Numbered from the whole stretch's first letter, positions 52,401 through 61,550 are shown. The stretch is 61,550 nt of DNA, filler included, from 5 parts of 5 records of this genome joined end to end with filler, not necessarily neighbours in it, one strand, 5' to 3'. Numbers and translations are program-made. Notes: generated by a model from the letters alone, not told the origin.

Positions 52401-54248
52401 CACAAAACCTGTGGAGTGCCCGGCAAAGTGCGTTTGACAACAGCCCATGCACAACCAAAACTGACGACTGTAGCGTCGACTACAACAACTGTGTCCACTA
52501 CGGTGACCCCCGCTCCGAAAACAGTCCAGCCTTGCCTGGACAACGGCTTGCCGTGCTCTGCAGGTCAGAGTCGCTATGCCCCGCTGTATATCCTCGAACC
52601 TTTAATTGATGAGGACAAGGCACCACCATCGCCACGCCCAAAACACCGTTCGCGCAGGCGTAGGCGCCAGGCTCAGGAAGTGCTGTCGTTCCTTGAAGTT
52701 GGATCACCGAACTCCAAAAACCCGGATAGTCGGTTCAACATGTCTCACGCAGTATCAAGCTTCAAAAGTTGTGCCGCCGAGTCTCTCGCGGTAGCAAACG
52801 CTCTGTCGGCATACCAGCACGCTCAGATCGACTTTAAGGCAGCGACCGATCAGTGGAAATCTTTGGCAGAGTACTTTGGTGCAATTGACGCCGTTGCGCA
52901 AAATTACTCGGCGGTCAATGAATCCCTGCTTGCCGACATGCGCGCCCTTGGTAAGGTGCGTGACCTACTTGGGCATATGGTAACCACGCAGCAAAACGTA
53001 TCCGTGATTTCCAAGCGCGCGGAGGCAAGTCTTCAAGCGTTGAAGGAAATCGTGCACTCCCCCTCAGTGCAGTTGCGCAACATGTCGACAAACGAGCGCC
53101 TAGATGCCCGCGCCACTATTTTGCGAGTTTTTGGACTCGACATTGGGGATGCGTTGATGCATTGTACGGGCTGCAACATTTCACGTCAGTCCTTAGCCGA
53201 CATCTCCGACTCCGCGGACCTGATCACTCGTCTCACGGCTGGAGATGCCGTGCATGCTCGCGCGGCGTTCGAACATGCCGTCTCGCTGCTGCGGCGCGTG
53301 CACAACCACGTCGTTGCTGGCCACAAGCTTGATCCCAAGATTTTGACTCAAATATCAAACGTCAGCAAAACTTTGAAGGCCAGATTCTCCACGCAAACTA
53401 GCACGGGACACCACACCGCCATTTCGGACATGGAGGAGCTTTCAAGTTCGATTTTGGACGCCGTCACTGTGTGCGTTGACTCGCTGCAGCCGATTCGACA
53501 CAGCTTTGTCGGCATGAATTCGATTTTAAGGGAAGCAGAGGCCAACACTCGACGCACACTGTCCCTGCAGGTCCGTGCTTGGAAGCATGACTTTCTCCTT
53601 TGCAATCTTGTGTGCTTGCTATTGGTGGGTTCCTCGTTTTGTGTCTGACCAATGTATTATTCCGTTTGCTTGACGAAGTCGAAATTGCTAGCGCTTCCAA
53701 CGATTGTGAATGGGTCCATTCTAAATCTGTTGAAGGGCGTGCCTGCTCTCTACACAGCGCCGCTGTCTCGCAGCGACGAATTTGCAACGCTGGAGCGCGC
53801 CAAAGAGCTGAGTGTGCGTCTTGGAGAGTCTGCAAACTCTGCATGGCAGAAGCTGGAAAACGCTTTGCGCAGCTGGGCTTCTGTCGCGCAAAATCGGAGC
53901 CAACTCGACATGCGTTTTGCAGAAAGGCGCGCCGACACAGAAAAGAAGAGCGTTGTTGTGACAGTTGGGCCAGTTGATTCGCACATAGCTGCCTCCCAAT
54001 TGTGTAAGGAGCTCGGCGGTGATGTGTGCAGCCATTCCGAGTTTGTTTTTGCCTTCGAAAACAATCTAGGCGGCTGCCATTCCTGCGGCTGGACCCTGAG
54101 CAAAGTTAAGGGAGATGCTGTGTTTTTGGTGGAGTCAATGGCTGATCCTGACTTGTGTGATATGCACCCTTCGTCTGGAATTACAATGTGCAAATTCGAC
54201 GACGCGAAGCCGCTTCCTGTCCACTGTTGCCTCTCTCGGCGAGACTAG
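46461..54248 (+). CDS. Giant secreted eukaryotic alpha-helical protein (about 2,530-2,560 aa, 2 exons) with a C-terminal Cys-rich Link-module-like domain
   Basis: 7.1-kb open frame; ATG at 46461 or 46539/46548 followed by a signal-peptide-like segment; probable intron 53571-53678 (CAG|GTCCGT...GAAG) removes the in-frame TGA at 53646; exon 2 is 53679-54248. Confidence 0.75.
48343..48384 (+). repeat. Perfect 21-bp tandem duplication inside the CDS (RNMPPK x2)
   Basis: atcgcaacatgccgccgaagg repeated twice. Confidence 0.95.
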
Positions 54249-54355
54249 GCCCGCAAGGTTTTGAACCGCTATAACTTATTAGATCTACATTGAAAATCGT
54301 GTGCTGGTTGTCCGAAGTGGACTCGTTAGTTACGTTATTTACCTACTTGTTTATT

Positions 54356-54455
54356 NNNNNNNNNNNNNNNNNNNNNNNNNNNNNNNNNNNNNNNNNNNNT
54401 TAATTAATTAANNNNNNNNNNNNNNNNNNNNNNNNNNNNNNNNNNNNNNNNNNNN
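54356..54455. other. Artificial contig spacer
   Basis: N44-TTAATTAATTAA-N44. Confidence 0.99.
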
Positions 54456-55076
54456 CGACAGCCAATCCGGCGTTTCCTCGTTAAATGCACCCAGCATGCG
54501 CGGGCTGTCATCCGAGCCAGAGGACCGCACCAGCAAATCATCGGCTTCTTCGCGGCCATCACGGCCAAAGTATTTTTGCAGCAAATAGACCATCGCCCAA
54601 AGATGGCGGCCCTCTTCGACGTTGACCTGAAACAGGTTGCGCATGTCATAAAGCGACGGCGCGGTCAGCCCAAGGAAACGCTGCTGCTCGACCGATCCCG
54701 GCTCTGTATCACCTTGGATCACGATCAAACGTTTCAGCATGTTGCGGTATTCGCCGGGCACTTCTTGCCACGCGGGTTCGCCGTAATGCTCGCCCATCGG
54801 AATTTTGCGATCCTCAACGGCGGGGGCCAGCAAAACACCCCAACGGTATTCCGGCATCTTCACATAATCGAATTTTGCCCAGCCTTTCGGGTCAACCGAA
54901 ACGGCTGTGCGCAAATACACCATCGATTCCTGAAAGTTCTGCGGGATTAGATCGTTCCACCAGTTGATGTAGCCCGGATGCCACTTTTCCAGCGCCTTCA
55001 GCACCTTTTTGTCTTGGCTCAGGTTCACGTTATTGGGGATCTGGGTGTCGTAGCTTACGTTGATTAGGTCGATCAT
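54456..55076 (-). CDS. boxB: Benzoyl-CoA 2,3-epoxidase subunit B (3' end cut by the contig edge)
   Basis: ATG at 55076 after GAGGAGG; IPNNVNL, VYLRTAVSVD, QGDTEPGSVEQQR and NVEEGRHLWAM (di-iron EEGRH) motifs. Confidence 0.95.
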
Positions 55077-55096
55077 TGTTTTCCTCCTCGTGGGGT

Positions 55097-55141
55097 CAAA
55101 ATCTTTCAAAGATTTTGGGTCGGATTTTTTGAAAAAATCCG
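55097..55141. repeat. Two adjacent perfect 21-bp palindromes (REP-like)
   Basis: CAAAATCTTT-C-AAAGATTTTG (55097-55117) and CGGATTTTTT-G-AAAAAATCCG (55121-55141). Confidence 0.8.
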
Positions 55142-55147
55142 GTCCCG

Positions 55148-56806
55148 TTACACACGTTCCATGTTGTATTCACCGCGCACGCCTGTGCCATAACGTTGCA
55201 GCGCGCCGTCTGGGCCTACTGCATTGGGCCGCTGGAAAATCCAGTTTTGCCATGCGGTCAGACGGCCGAAAATGCGGGTTTCCATGGTTTCGGGGCCGGC
55301 AAAGCGCAGGTTCGCCTCCATCCCCGTCATTGCATCGGGGCTAAAGCTGGCGCGCTCCTCCATGAACAAGCGCACCTCATCCTCCCAATCGATGTCGTCA
55401 TAGACGTACGTCACCAATCCGGCCTCGTCGGCGGCATCAGCCTCTAGCGGCTGGCCCTTCAGCCCCTCAAGTGTTGCGACATCTTCAGGCGTGCCCAGAA
55501 AACGCGTTTCAAGGCGGGTCAGGTCGTTACCCATTTTATAGGTGCCAAAGTTGCCATCGCTCAGGGTCACCGTCGCCAGCGGGCGGTTGTCGCCGTCAAA
55601 TTCCTCAAGCATCATATAGCTGCGATCCACCGCCCACAGCAGTTCAGCCAAGGGACCGGCAAAACACGAGCCATGTTCGACAATCGCGACCAAGCTGCGC
55701 GAGGTCATATCGACCCGCTTCAACACACGTTTCCAATATTGCAGGATTTCATTGGCCAGCCAGTGGTCCCTATTGGCCAGCAAAAGCGCCTCGTGGGCGA
55801 TCACAAGCTCCGGGTCGCCTTGGGTCTGGAATTCGATCAGGCCCAATTCCTTTTCATTGTTGCGCAGGTGCAGGATGGCGTCATCCAATTCACGCGCACA
55901 GCGCAAAATCCATGCGTCTGCGCCTTGGGCTGTCAGCGCATCCGTATCGGCGGGGGCCGCAGCATCCGGCCCTTTGATCGTCACCGTCGCGCGTTTTGCG
56001 CTGCGGTCCAGCACCACTTCGACGGTAGAATATGTGACACCATCCGCCGCGAATGTCCGCGTAAGGGGCGTCAGATCAACCCCCTGCGCCACATCTGCTT
56101 TGCCCGAACTGGCCGCCATCTCGCGGGCCCGCGCGACAACTGTTTCGTCAAACTTTGAATTCGGGATCACCTCGTCGACCAAGCGCCATTCCTTGGCGCG
56201 CTTGCCCTTCACCCCTTCTTCGATCGAGCAGAAAACATCAGCGCGGTCACGGCGTACCATACGTTTATCGGTGACGCGGGTCAGACCACCCGTGCCGGGC
56301 AAAACCGCCAGCAAGGGCACTTCGGGTAGGGACACAGATGACGAACTGTCGTCGGTCAGCATGATGTGATTGCACGCTAGCGCCAATTCATAGCCACCGC
56401 CCGCGCAGGCCCCTTTGACAGCGCAAATATAATTCTGGCCACTGTCCGCCAGCGCCGCCTCGTAGGTATTGCGCGTCTCGTTGGTGAACTTACAGAAATT
56501 GACCTTGTGGCTATGCGCAGCCCCGCCCAGCATGCGAATATTGGCACCTGCGCAAAACACCTTGTCCTTGGCCGATTGCATCACCACGACTTTGACCTCC
56601 GGATGCTCGAACCGCATCCGCTGCACGATATCCGCCAATTCGATATCAACGCCCAGATCATAGGAATTCAGCTTCAGCTCATACCCTTCGAACAGCCCGC
56701 CTTTTTCATCCACATCCATATAAAGGTTAGCGATGGGACCGTCATATTCGATCTTCCAATGACGGTATTTGGACGGATCAGTTTGAAAATCGATAATCTT
56801 GGTCAC
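55148..56806 (-). CDS. boxC: 2,3-epoxybenzoyl-CoA dihydrolase
   Basis: IDFQTDPSKYRHW, LKLNSYDLGVDIEL, FCAGANIRML, VNFCKFTNETRN and LTAWQNWIFQRPNA motifs; double crotonase length. Confidence 0.96.
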   Translation of the reverse strand: MTKIIDFQTDPSKYRHWKIEYDGPIANLYMDVDEKGGLFEGYELKLNSYDLGVDIELADIVQRMRFEHPEVKVVVMQSAKDKVFCAGANIRMLGGAAHSHKVNFCKFTNETRNTYEAALADSGQNYICAVKGACAGGGYELALACNHIMLTDDSSSSVSLPEVPLLAVLPGTGGLTRVTDKRMVRRDRADVFCSIEEGVKGKRAKEWRLVDEVIPNSKFDETVVARAREMAASSGKADVAQGVDLTPLTRTFAADGVTYSTVEVVLDRSAKRATVTIKGPDAAAPADTDALTAQGADAWILRCARELDDAILHLRNNEKELGLIEFQTQGDPELVIAHEALLLANRDHWLANEILQYWKRVLKRVDMTSRSLVAIVEHGSCFAGPLAELLWAVDRSYMMLEEFDGDNRPLATVTLSDGNFGTYKMGNDLTRLETRFLGTPEDVATLEGLKGQPLEADAADEAGLVTYVYDDIDWEDEVRLFMEERASFSPDAMTGMEANLRFAGPETMETRIFGRLTAWQNWIFQRPNAVGPDGALQRYGTGVRGEYNMERV

Positions 56807-56870
56807 AGGTTGCCCCCCCTTGCAGGCCCGGTCTGATGTTGCATCACAGCCCCGGCCGTTTGATAGATAG

Positions 56871-56949
56871 ATGCGTAATATGGCATAATATTGCCATATA
56901 TTTCTGGATTTACCCTCACGATATGCGCACTTTATGCATCATATCGCAG
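56871..56949. promoter_or_regulatory. Candidate BoxR/BzdR-type operators upstream of boxC
   Basis: 16-bp imperfect palindromes ATGCGTAATATGGCAT (56871-56886), TGGCATAATATTGCCA (56881-56896) and ATGCATCATATCGCAG (56934-56949). Confidence 0.6.
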
Positions 56950-57375
56950 ATTTATCATGTCTCGGGTGTCATTTACCCACGCGTCAATATCGCGCAGCTT
57001 CACGTCCAGAATCGTTTCAGCCGCCCCGCATTGCCGCAAAAGATCGTCCACGATAGCGCACAGCCTGCGGGCGGCGTTCGGTTTATCCATCCGCAGCTTC
57101 AGCCGTGCATTGGCCAGTTGGATCATGGATTGGATCAAGGCACGTTCCGGTGACGGATCAGGCGCACGCATCCAAACCGCCTCAAGAACCTCGTGGCATT
57201 CCCAGAAATATCCGTCATGAAAATAGGTCAATCCAATCTGCCACGCGTCGGTCTGGCCCAGCTGCGCAAGCGGTGTTTCCCCGGTGACACTTACCTTGAT
57301 GTGATCAAACCAATCCTCGGGGTGACGTGCGTTCAGGCCCGGCACATGTGCATGCGGTGGGACCACAGCGCGCAC
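56932..57375 (-). CDS. DUF309-domain protein
   Basis: GTG at 57375 just after the upstream stop; PPHAHVPG, GLTYFHDGYFWECHEVLEAVW and MIQLANA motifs. Confidence 0.85.
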   Translation of the reverse strand: MRAVVPPHAHVPGLNARHPEDWFDHIKVSVTGETPLAQLGQTDAWQIGLTYFHDGYFWECHEVLEAVWMRAPDPSPERALIQSMIQLANARLKLRMDKPNAARRLCAIVDDLLRQCGAAETILDVKLRDIDAWVNDTRDMINLRYDA

Positions 57376-57376
57376 C

Positions 57377-58201
57377 CTAGGCCATCTGAACGATTTCACG
57401 CTCGATCCGGTCCAGACGGGCGCAGAATTCACGGATTGCTTCCAATGTGGCATGGGGCTGATCCAGATGTGGCGCATGTCCGCACTTGTCCAAAATCGCA
57501 GTTTCGACGGGTGAATATATCCGCGTTTCGATCTCTTCGATCTGGGCCAGCGTGCCGTATGGGTCATCGCGCCCCTGAATGGCCAGAACCGGAATGCGCA
57601 GATGATCGATGCTGTCGCCGACATTCCATGCCTCGAATTTCGGATCGGTCCAGGCATCGTGCCACCCGTGAAAGGCGACATCGACATTTGCATGATACTT
57701 GGCCAGCTTCGCCTTCAGCGCGCCGCTGTTGTAAGCAGCGCCAGCCGATCTGATCGCCGCCAGCCCGCCCGGTTCGGTAAAGAAATGCGGGGCCATCAGG
57801 ATCAGCGACCGGATGCGCATGTCTGACACCGACCCGGCATAGATCGTGGCAATCGTGGCACCGTCGGAATGGCCCAGCAAAATCGCGTGTTCGATCCCCG
57901 CAGCGTCCAGCACATCCCCAAGGGATTGCTCGGCCTCGAGGGTCATGTAATCCAGCGGGCGCGGCAGATCGACAGGATCAGACCCACCATAACCCGCCCG
58001 TGAATAGGCCAGCACGCCAAAACCCGTGGCATCGACCAACGCCTGCGGAAAATCGCGCCATAGCTCGATACAGCCCAACCCTTCGTGCAGCAGCACAAGC
58101 GTCGGGGCATCGGCGGGCTTGGGCCCCCATGCGGCATATTCCAGTGATTTACCGCCAGCGGTCAGGCGCTGGCCCGCCTCGTTCGACCATGTCACACTCA
58201 T
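57377..58201 (-). CDS. Alpha/beta hydrolase (box-cluster lactonase/thioesterase-like)
   Basis: LLHEGLG, nucleophile elbow GHSDG, QGRDDPYG and GHAPH motifs; TGATG overlap at 58201. Confidence 0.9.
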   Translation of the reverse strand: MSVTWSNEAGQRLTAGGKSLEYAAWGPKPADAPTLVLLHEGLGCIELWRDFPQALVDATGFGVLAYSRAGYGGSDPVDLPRPLDYMTLEAEQSLGDVLDAAGIEHAILLGHSDGATIATIYAGSVSDMRIRSLILMAPHFFTEPGGLAAIRSAGAAYNSGALKAKLAKYHANVDVAFHGWHDAWTDPKFEAWNVGDSIDHLRIPVLAIQGRDDPYGTLAQIEEIETRIYSPVETAILDKCGHAPHLDQPHATLEAIREFCARLDRIEREIVQMA

Positions 58202-59745
58202 CACTTTTCCTCTCGTAATTTGAACCGTTGTATTTTTCCCGTCGCTGTTTTGGGCAGGTCTTCGACCACCTCGATCCAGCGGGGATATTTCCATTTGCCA
58301 ATCTTTTCTTTGACGTGGCTTTTCAGCTCGGCCAGCAGGGCATCATCGGCGCTGCCCTCTTTCAACACGACAAAGGCTTTGGGTTTTTCCAAGCCGTCCG
58401 CATCCTCGGCGGCGACCACAGCGGCCTCAAGAACCCGCGGATGGCTGACCAGCGCGCCCTCGACCTCAAAGGGGGACAGCCAGATGCCTGACACCTTGAA
58501 CATGTCATCCGTGCGCCCGCAGTAGGTCAGCCGACCGTCATCGCCCAGTTCGTATTTATCACCCGTCCGGGTCCAGACGCCTTCGAAGGTGCTGCGGGAT
58601 TTATCACGTTGGTTCCAATATGAATTCGCAGCCGAGGCCCCGTTCACCAACAATTCGCCCACACTGCCGGGCAGCACGTCTTCGCCCAGTTCATCCACCA
58701 GACGCAGCGTATAGCCGGGCACCGCAACACCCGATGTGCCATAGACCAGATCATCCTTGCGATTGCTCAAAAAGATATGGAGCATCTCAGTTGATCCTAC
58801 TCCGTCAAGAATGCTGGTACCTGCGTGTTTCTCCCACCTCAGCCCGACCTCTTCCGGCAGGGCTTCGCCCGCCGAAATGCAGGTGCGCGGCGGTGCCGTC
58901 AGGCCACCCGCACTGTCCATATGCGCGACCATCGCGGCATAAAGCGTGGGCACACCGCAAAATACCGTCGGCTTTTCCGCGTTCAGCAATTCCACGACAC
59001 CATCAGGCGTGGGCCGCCCCGCCAGCAGCAAGGTGGTTGCCCCGACCGACAGCGGAAACGACATGGCATTGCCCAACCCATAGGCGAAAAAGAACTTGGC
59101 CGCGGAAAACACGACATCATCCTCGGCGATCTCAAGCACCTGTTTCCCGTAAGTGTCAGAGGTCGCCCGCAAGGCGGAATGCACATGCGCCACGCCTTTA
59201 GGCTGGCCCGTTGATCCTGATGAATACAGCCAGAACGCAACCTCATCCGGGCTGACCGGCAAGGTGTCGCGGGGCCGCACGCCCGTTAGAAAATCGTCAA
59301 AACCGGTGGTGCCATCGACAGGATCGCCGATCACAACCACATGGCGCAAATAGGGGTTGCCCGCGACGGCGTCCTTGGCAACATCCCAAAGCTCGGCCGA
59401 TACAAAAAGGATCGCAGCACGCGAGTCGCGCAGGATCGCGTCATAGACCGCCCCGGACAAAAGCGTGTTGATGGGCACGGGAATGACACCGCATTTCATC
59501 GCACCCCAAAAGATTTGCGGAAATTCGATCTGGTCCAAGACCAGTATCGCTGCGCGTTCTTCGGCACGAATGTCGGCGCGCGCCAACGCCCCCGCAACCA
59601 ACCCCGCCCCCACAGCCATATCGCCGTAGGTTAATGTTCGGCCACGGCCAATTTCTCGATATGCGACTTTGTCGCGGCGGCCCTCCTCGGTGTGACGATC
59701 TACGAAATATGTGACTGCATTAGCTATTGTGTTGGCAGCGGTCAT
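58201..59745 (-). CDS. bclA: Benzoate--CoA ligase
   Basis: FWLYSSGSTGQPKG, AKFFFAYGLGN, SAGEALP, DGVGSTEMLHIFLSN and LPKTATGKIQRF motifs. Confidence 0.92.
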   Translation of the reverse strand: MTAANTIANAVTYFVDRHTEEGRRDKVAYREIGRGRTLTYGDMAVGAGLVAGALARADIRAEERAAILVLDQIEFPQIFWGAMKCGVIPVPINTLLSGAVYDAILRDSRAAILFVSAELWDVAKDAVAGNPYLRHVVVIGDPVDGTTGFDDFLTGVRPRDTLPVSPDEVAFWLYSSGSTGQPKGVAHVHSALRATSDTYGKQVLEIAEDDVVFSAAKFFFAYGLGNAMSFPLSVGATTLLLAGRPTPDGVVELLNAEKPTVFCGVPTLYAAMVAHMDSAGGLTAPPRTCISAGEALPEEVGLRWEKHAGTSILDGVGSTEMLHIFLSNRKDDLVYGTSGVAVPGYTLRLVDELGEDVLPGSVGELLVNGASAANSYWNQRDKSRSTFEGVWTRTGDKYELGDDGRLTYCGRTDDMFKVSGIWLSPFEVEGALVSHPRVLEAAVVAAEDADGLEKPKAFVVLKEGSADDALLAELKSHVKEKIGKWKYPRWIEVVEDLPKTATGKIQRFKLREEK

Positions 59746-59765
59746 CTCGGTCCTCCCAAACGTCG

Positions 59766-59832
59766 ATGCTTTATTGTGCATCTACAGAATGATGTCGCAA
59801 GGTAACTCGCTTAATTCGGCAATTTATTGCAT
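59766..59832. promoter_or_regulatory. Candidate BoxR/BzdR-type operators upstream of the benzoate-CoA ligase
   Basis: Minus strand ATGCACAATAAAGCAT (59781-59766) and ATGCAATAAATTGCCG (59832-59817), the same 16-bp pattern as upstream of boxC. Confidence 0.6.
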
Positions 59833-61550
59833 TAATTCGCCGATATACGTGCAGCGTCTGCGGGGTCGTAAATCCGGCCTACCAATTCAGCCCGGCGCAT
59901 CAGCATTTTGGGAAAGTTCAGGTTGCCTTTGGCCGTGACCTCTCCGTCGCCCATCGAGGGCGGATCGGTCAGGATAACAGCACCGGTCACACGCGACGCG
60001 CTGCCAGTCGTTTTCGCGGCCAAGTCTTTCATCACAGCGCCGATTTTCTCCATCAGCGGCGGGCAGATCATTGCGCCCGCATCATCCGACACCGTCCAAC
60101 CCTGCGCCTTGATCGTGGCGTGGTTGGGCACCAGCAACATGCCTACTTCCTCGCGGCCCTGACCTGTCAGCACCAGATCGGTCACATAGGGGGCCAAAGC
60201 CGCCAGCAGGTCCAACCGCAACTGCGCCGCGCGTACCCATGTGCCGGTCATCAGCTTGAAATCTTCGGACATGCGCCCGTCAAACATCAGCCCCCGCGTA
60301 GGGTCATTCGGGTCGACGAAACGCATCGCGTCGCCAGTGACAAAGAACCCTTCTTCGTCGAATGCATCGGCTGATTTTTCGGGGTTGTGATGATAGCCTT
60401 TGGTGATCGTCGGCCCCGCCACGCGCACATCGCAGCGGCCGTCGGCATCGGGGATCAATTTCACCTTCACGCCGGGCAACGGCACGCCCACAATACCCGC
60501 ACCTTTTGCCGGTTCATGCTGCAACAAAGCGGCGGGCGCGGTTTCCGTCAGCCCCCATGATGAATTGATCAACGGCAGTTTGCCGCGCGTTTTCATAGCA
60601 AGGCGTTCAAGTTCAGCCCAGGTTGCCTGCGGCAGCGACGCACCCGCGTAAAAGATCATATCCAGCTGCGCAAAATAGCGTTCGCGCAATTGCTTGTCTG
60701 CCTTCAATGCCGTGACCAACTGGGCAAATCCAACCGGCACGTTAAAGCTGATTGTGCCGGAAATCTCGCGTAGGTTGGCAAGGGTTTTATCAAACATCCC
60801 CGCGGCAGGTTTGCCTTCGTCGATGTACAGACTGCCGCCATTTGCCAGCATCAGGTTAAAGTTATGCGATCCGCCAAAGACATGGTTCCACGGCAGCCAG
60901 TCCACCAGTTGCGGGGGGCGGGCAGTCACAAACGGCAAGGCTTGCGCAAGTTGCGCTTGGTTCGTGGTCATCATCTTTTGCGTTGTCAGCACACCCTTGG
61001 GATCCGAGGTAGACCCCGAGGTCATCAGGATTTTCGCCAACGTATCCGGCGTGATCTGCGCAAAGGCCGCAGCGACATCTGCCGTGCTTGGCTTGAGGAA
61101 ACTGTTGAAATCAGTCGCCCCTGTTTCGCCCGGCAACGAGGAAAGTTTTTCGGTTTCGCTCAGGCTGTCCAATCCGAAAGCGAGTGAATATTCGGTCGCA
61201 TCCGACGCATAGACCATGCTGGGTTTCACCAGCTTGGCCACATAATCCAGACGCGGCAGGGCGGCAGGGATCAGCGAATATTGTTCGGCCACGGGCACCG
61301 TCGGCACGCCGACATATTGCGCCGCCAGCGACAGCAATCCGTGGTCGATGCTGTTGCCCGATATGATCAGAATGGGTTTTTCCGGCCCCAAATCGCGCGC
61401 CAAAAGATGCCCCGCGATGCTGCGCACCATGTCCAGCGCCTGCGAATAGGTGACCGTCCGCCAGCCAGCACCCGACCGTTCCGCCAGAAACACCCTGTCC
61501 GGGGCCGCTGCTGCCCAATCATGCAACCAGTCACCTGTGCAGCGGGCAAC
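59832..61550 (-). CDS. fcs: Feruloyl-CoA synthase-family acyl-CoA ligase (5' end outside the window)
   Basis: MTSGSTSDPKGV, DWLPWNHVFGG, WGLTETAP, FDGRMSEDFKLMTGTWV and GEVTAKGNLN motifs. Confidence 0.9.
   Translation of the reverse strand, partial: VARCTGDWLHDWAAAAPDRVFLAERSGAGWRTVTYSQALDMVRSIAGHLLARDLGPEKPILIISGNSIDHGLLSLAAQYVGVPTVPVAEQYSLIPAALPRLDYVAKLVKPSMVYASDATEYSLAFGLDSLSETEKLSSLPGETGATDFNSFLKPSTADVAAAFAQITPDTLAKILMTSGSTSDPKGVLTTQKMMTTNQAQLAQALPFVTARPPQLVDWLPWNHVFGGSHNFNLMLANGGSLYIDEGKPAAGMFDKTLANLREISGTISFNVPVGFAQLVTALKADKQLRERYFAQLDMIFYAGASLPQATWAELERLAMKTRGKLPLINSSWGLTETAPAALLQHEPAKGAGIVGVPLPGVKVKLIPDADGRCDVRVAGPTITKGYHHNPEKSADAFDEEGFFVTGDAMRFVDPNDPTRGLMFDGRMSEDFKLMTGTWVRAAQLRLDLLAALAPYVTDLVLTGQGREEVGMLLVPNHATIKAQGWTVSDDAGAMICPPLMEKIGAVMKDLAAKTTGSASRVTGAVILTDPPSMGDGEVTAKGNLNFPKMLMRRAELVGRIYDPADAARISAN

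Noticed and set aside
53646-53648. In-frame TGA as selenocysteine or programmed readthrough
   Set aside because: It lies inside a T-rich GT-AG segment of typical intron size; no redox motif context or SECIS was recognised

Overview
The window is not one locus. It is five contigs joined by artificial 100-nt spacers (N44-TTAATTAATTAA-N44 at 5708-5807, 35615-35714, 45939-46038 and 54356-54455). Two contigs are eukaryotic, probably from a protist. Contig 1-5707 has an intronless, bacterial-looking secreted beta-propeller glycoside hydrolase convergent with a 7-exon gene (reconstructed here, 913 aa) for a DH/RhoGEF-like + IQ + PDZ protein. Contig 46039-54355 encodes one secreted helical protein of about 2,550 aa ending in a Link-module-like domain. 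Three contigs are Rhodobacteraceae (Roseobacter-group-like). Contig 5808-35614 is a large surface-polysaccharide region: priming transferase, gfcD/gfcB/wza, a gtrB-gtrA-methyltransferase-gtrII module, kpsE/T/M, two sulfotransferases, two acyltransferases, glycosyltransferases and an RTX protein. It also holds a DUF2793 (GTA tail-fibre-type) protein with a beta-helix-like C-terminus, CtrA-type boxes, a decayed dehydrogenase and a MITE-like element, and it ends in gyrB. Contig 35715-45938 is housekeeping (ccmF, ccmH, gltA, gltX, comEC, lexA with an SOS box, moeA). Contig 54456-61550 is the aerobic benzoyl-CoA (box) cluster with candidate regulator operators. The best candidate for an undescribed system is the GTA-type receptor-binding fibre embedded in a sulfated/acetylated capsule locus. 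All family calls are from motif recognition by eye, with no database searches.
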